A stretch of DNA of 64,000 nucleotides from Octopus vulgaris (Eukaryota): NCBI GenBank assembly GCA_951406725.2, contig OX597817.1, positions 93,496,001 to 93,560,000 of the forward strand, written 5' to 3'. Shown piece by piece: positions 61,773 to 64,000 of this stretch; position 1 is the first letter of the stretch; the number at the start of each line of letters is the position of its first letter. Position numbers and translations under genes: made by a program. The notes under the pieces were generated by a model that was not told where the DNA came from, did not search any database, and was given only the letters and a program-made list of their open reading frames with translations.

Positions 61773-64000
61773 AATTAAATATACAGAAAATTACATTTAT
61801 TTCGAAAACTTAATCTATATCATATGCCATAAAGGAGCAAGAGGGGATTAAATGTCATTAAATATATCTATGTAAATTTTATTCTATCAACAGTCCTGGT
61901 CAGTCTAAAATAAATAGTAAAATTTAATCTCATTTCATAAAAATATAACATTAATGTTAGTTTTCAATGCTTCATTGTGGTTATCAACTTTTCTCAATCA
62001 AATTGAACATCTAACTCTCATTCACTGTGATGTTTACTTTCTGTCTCACTTTTTAAATCTGTTCACTTGCTATAAATCTTAGCAAGAAATTATGAACTAA
62101 TATTTCAATGATTTAAAGAAATTTAAAACATTGAAATAAATATAAGATGGAATAAAAAAAGATATTTTTTCACGCAAAATCCTGATTTCTAGAAAACTAA
62201 GTTCCCCATCTCTGATAGAAAGACATCCAACTTCAAAAGAACCTGTCTTAACAATTGAAGAAAATGTATAAAGTTGTTCAACCATTCAATTCTAAGCCTG
62301 TTCATAAATGTAAATATATTTAACAAAAAAATTGTTCTAAATTGAAGAAAGAAGGGAACTTTGCTAAGTTTTCTGAAAATGTATTTTAGAATAAATATAG
62401 TAATATATAAATTGTACTTTGTTTTGTTGTTTTTTACCATTGTAAAATAATAAAATCACAGAGAATTATTAGAGAGAAACTGGTGATAGTTGTAGAAGTG
62501 ATGAAAACTTTGTTACATTAAACATTATTTACCAAAGAACAAATGTGATACCAGTATCTCCATTCTATTTCTTGTTATATGATACTTTGCAATTAAAGAC
62601 TTCCTGGATTTTTAGTTAGTATAAAACATTTTCTTGAAATGAAGCACTCTTTTTTCTATATGCTCTGTTCTCCAGTATTCATAGGAATGTTGACAAATAG
62701 CCACCTGGATTCTTAATTCCCTTTCATTTACCATATAGCTATACTATAATAATACTGTTTATTAATTAGTTTGGAGTATGTCACTGTCTAGAAATTCTTA
62801 AAAATTCTAATTTTTTTTATCATCAAAACATGGTTTCCAAGTTTCTTTTAATATTGAAGATTTCAACTCCAGAAATAGGGGTTTTTCTAACTCTGAGATA
62901 GCATTCCCTCTTTGTTTTTTCTCTCTCATTCACGCCATGACATTACTGTCTACAGTCATATTAATAAAAACACTTCTCCAAATTACAAGTTTAATTCAGC
63001 ATCAACCAAATTATGTTGATTCCAGTATGAAAAGAAATGCACATACTTCTCACTCTCTAATGACACTGTATGTACAGGCAGAATGAAATGTTTTCCTTGG
63101 AGCTATATTTACTGTATTATATAGCATATGTCAGAGCCTGTAGTCTTCATAGCATCACACCTAGTATATAAAGTTTCAAACCCCTGGAAAATTGTCTCAC
63201 ACCAAAATACTAACTTTTAATTAATGAAATATATGCTAAATTTCATACATTAAATTAGAATTTCTACAATAACTTTGACAATATATTCAATACGCTTGAA
63301 ATATGCATATATAGGAAGCTCTTATAAGTATCATCAAACAAATGAATGGGTATTACATCAAGTAGGTGAAAGATAACAACTCTTGAACATAGCTATCTAT
63401 TATGGCCATATTTGAAGGAGCAGAAGTTTGGAAACTATTATGGAAAGAAGAGTAGAGGGTAGTAGATCAAAGAGCAGGCAAAGAATGCCATAGATAGACA
63501 ATATTAAGAGCTGGTCGGACAATAGTGGCAAGGCAGCTAGAGAACTCATGCTTAATTGGGAAAACTTTTATTGTGTCATCAACGCACTGCAGGAGTACAG
63601 TACATGATGACAGTCACTACACATATTAAGAAAACTACTGCACTTAGCATCCCTAAACAGCATGTAATCCGAACACTCGCTATTAGTCTAGTACTGAGGA
63701 TCTCCACTAACAAATATACATCAACATAACAAAAACAGTATCTCAAATTTGGCCTTTCTCTTCAGGGCCAGGAAATATTTCAGACTGTCTTCAGCTATTA
63801 GCCCTCTAAAAAACAAATAGCTATAAACTATAACATCAACTGGAGGATTTTTGAAGGATTATGGCCTTATAAAAAAAGAAGTGGCTTATGCATTGTGAAG
63901 AACAGTCTGATACTAAAAACAATTGCTTCAACAACAAAACAAAGTAACTGGACATGATGTTGTGTCCAGTTATGTTAAATATGTAGGTTTCTGAGGTAGT

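Overview
AT-rich, microsatellite- and transposon-dense eukaryotic DNA. The SINE, RTE and mariner repertoire suggests a coleoid cephalopod such as Octopus (inference). One host gene spans the window on the + strand: an RCC1-repeat protein that I read as RCC1L/WBSCR16. I assembled 12 coding exons by hand (14911-60676), all GT-AG and phase-compatible, giving 1392 nt and 463 aa. A CpG-rich putative promoter lies at about 5.7-7.8 kb, with hints of a divergent minus-strand transcript. The introns hold mariner/Tc1 relics, hAT and piggyBac-like MITEs, a decayed Buster-type hAT, Helitron pieces, RTE LINEs, Penelope-like GIY-YIG fragments with hammerhead-like motifs, and many tRNA-derived SINEs. Most notable: (1) a complete 3-kb Mag-type Gypsy element with LTRs, PBS, PPT and TSD, whose single 714-aa ORF fuses Gag-protease directly to the integrase core with no RT or RNase H; (2) a C4HC3 PHD-like finger embedded in the RT region of the RTE LINEs; (3) several hammerhead-like motifs in (TA)n-associated elements; (4) local duplications of RCC1L exon ends that create extra splice donors and a possible in-frame micro-exon. 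All coordinates were read by eye and no searches were run.
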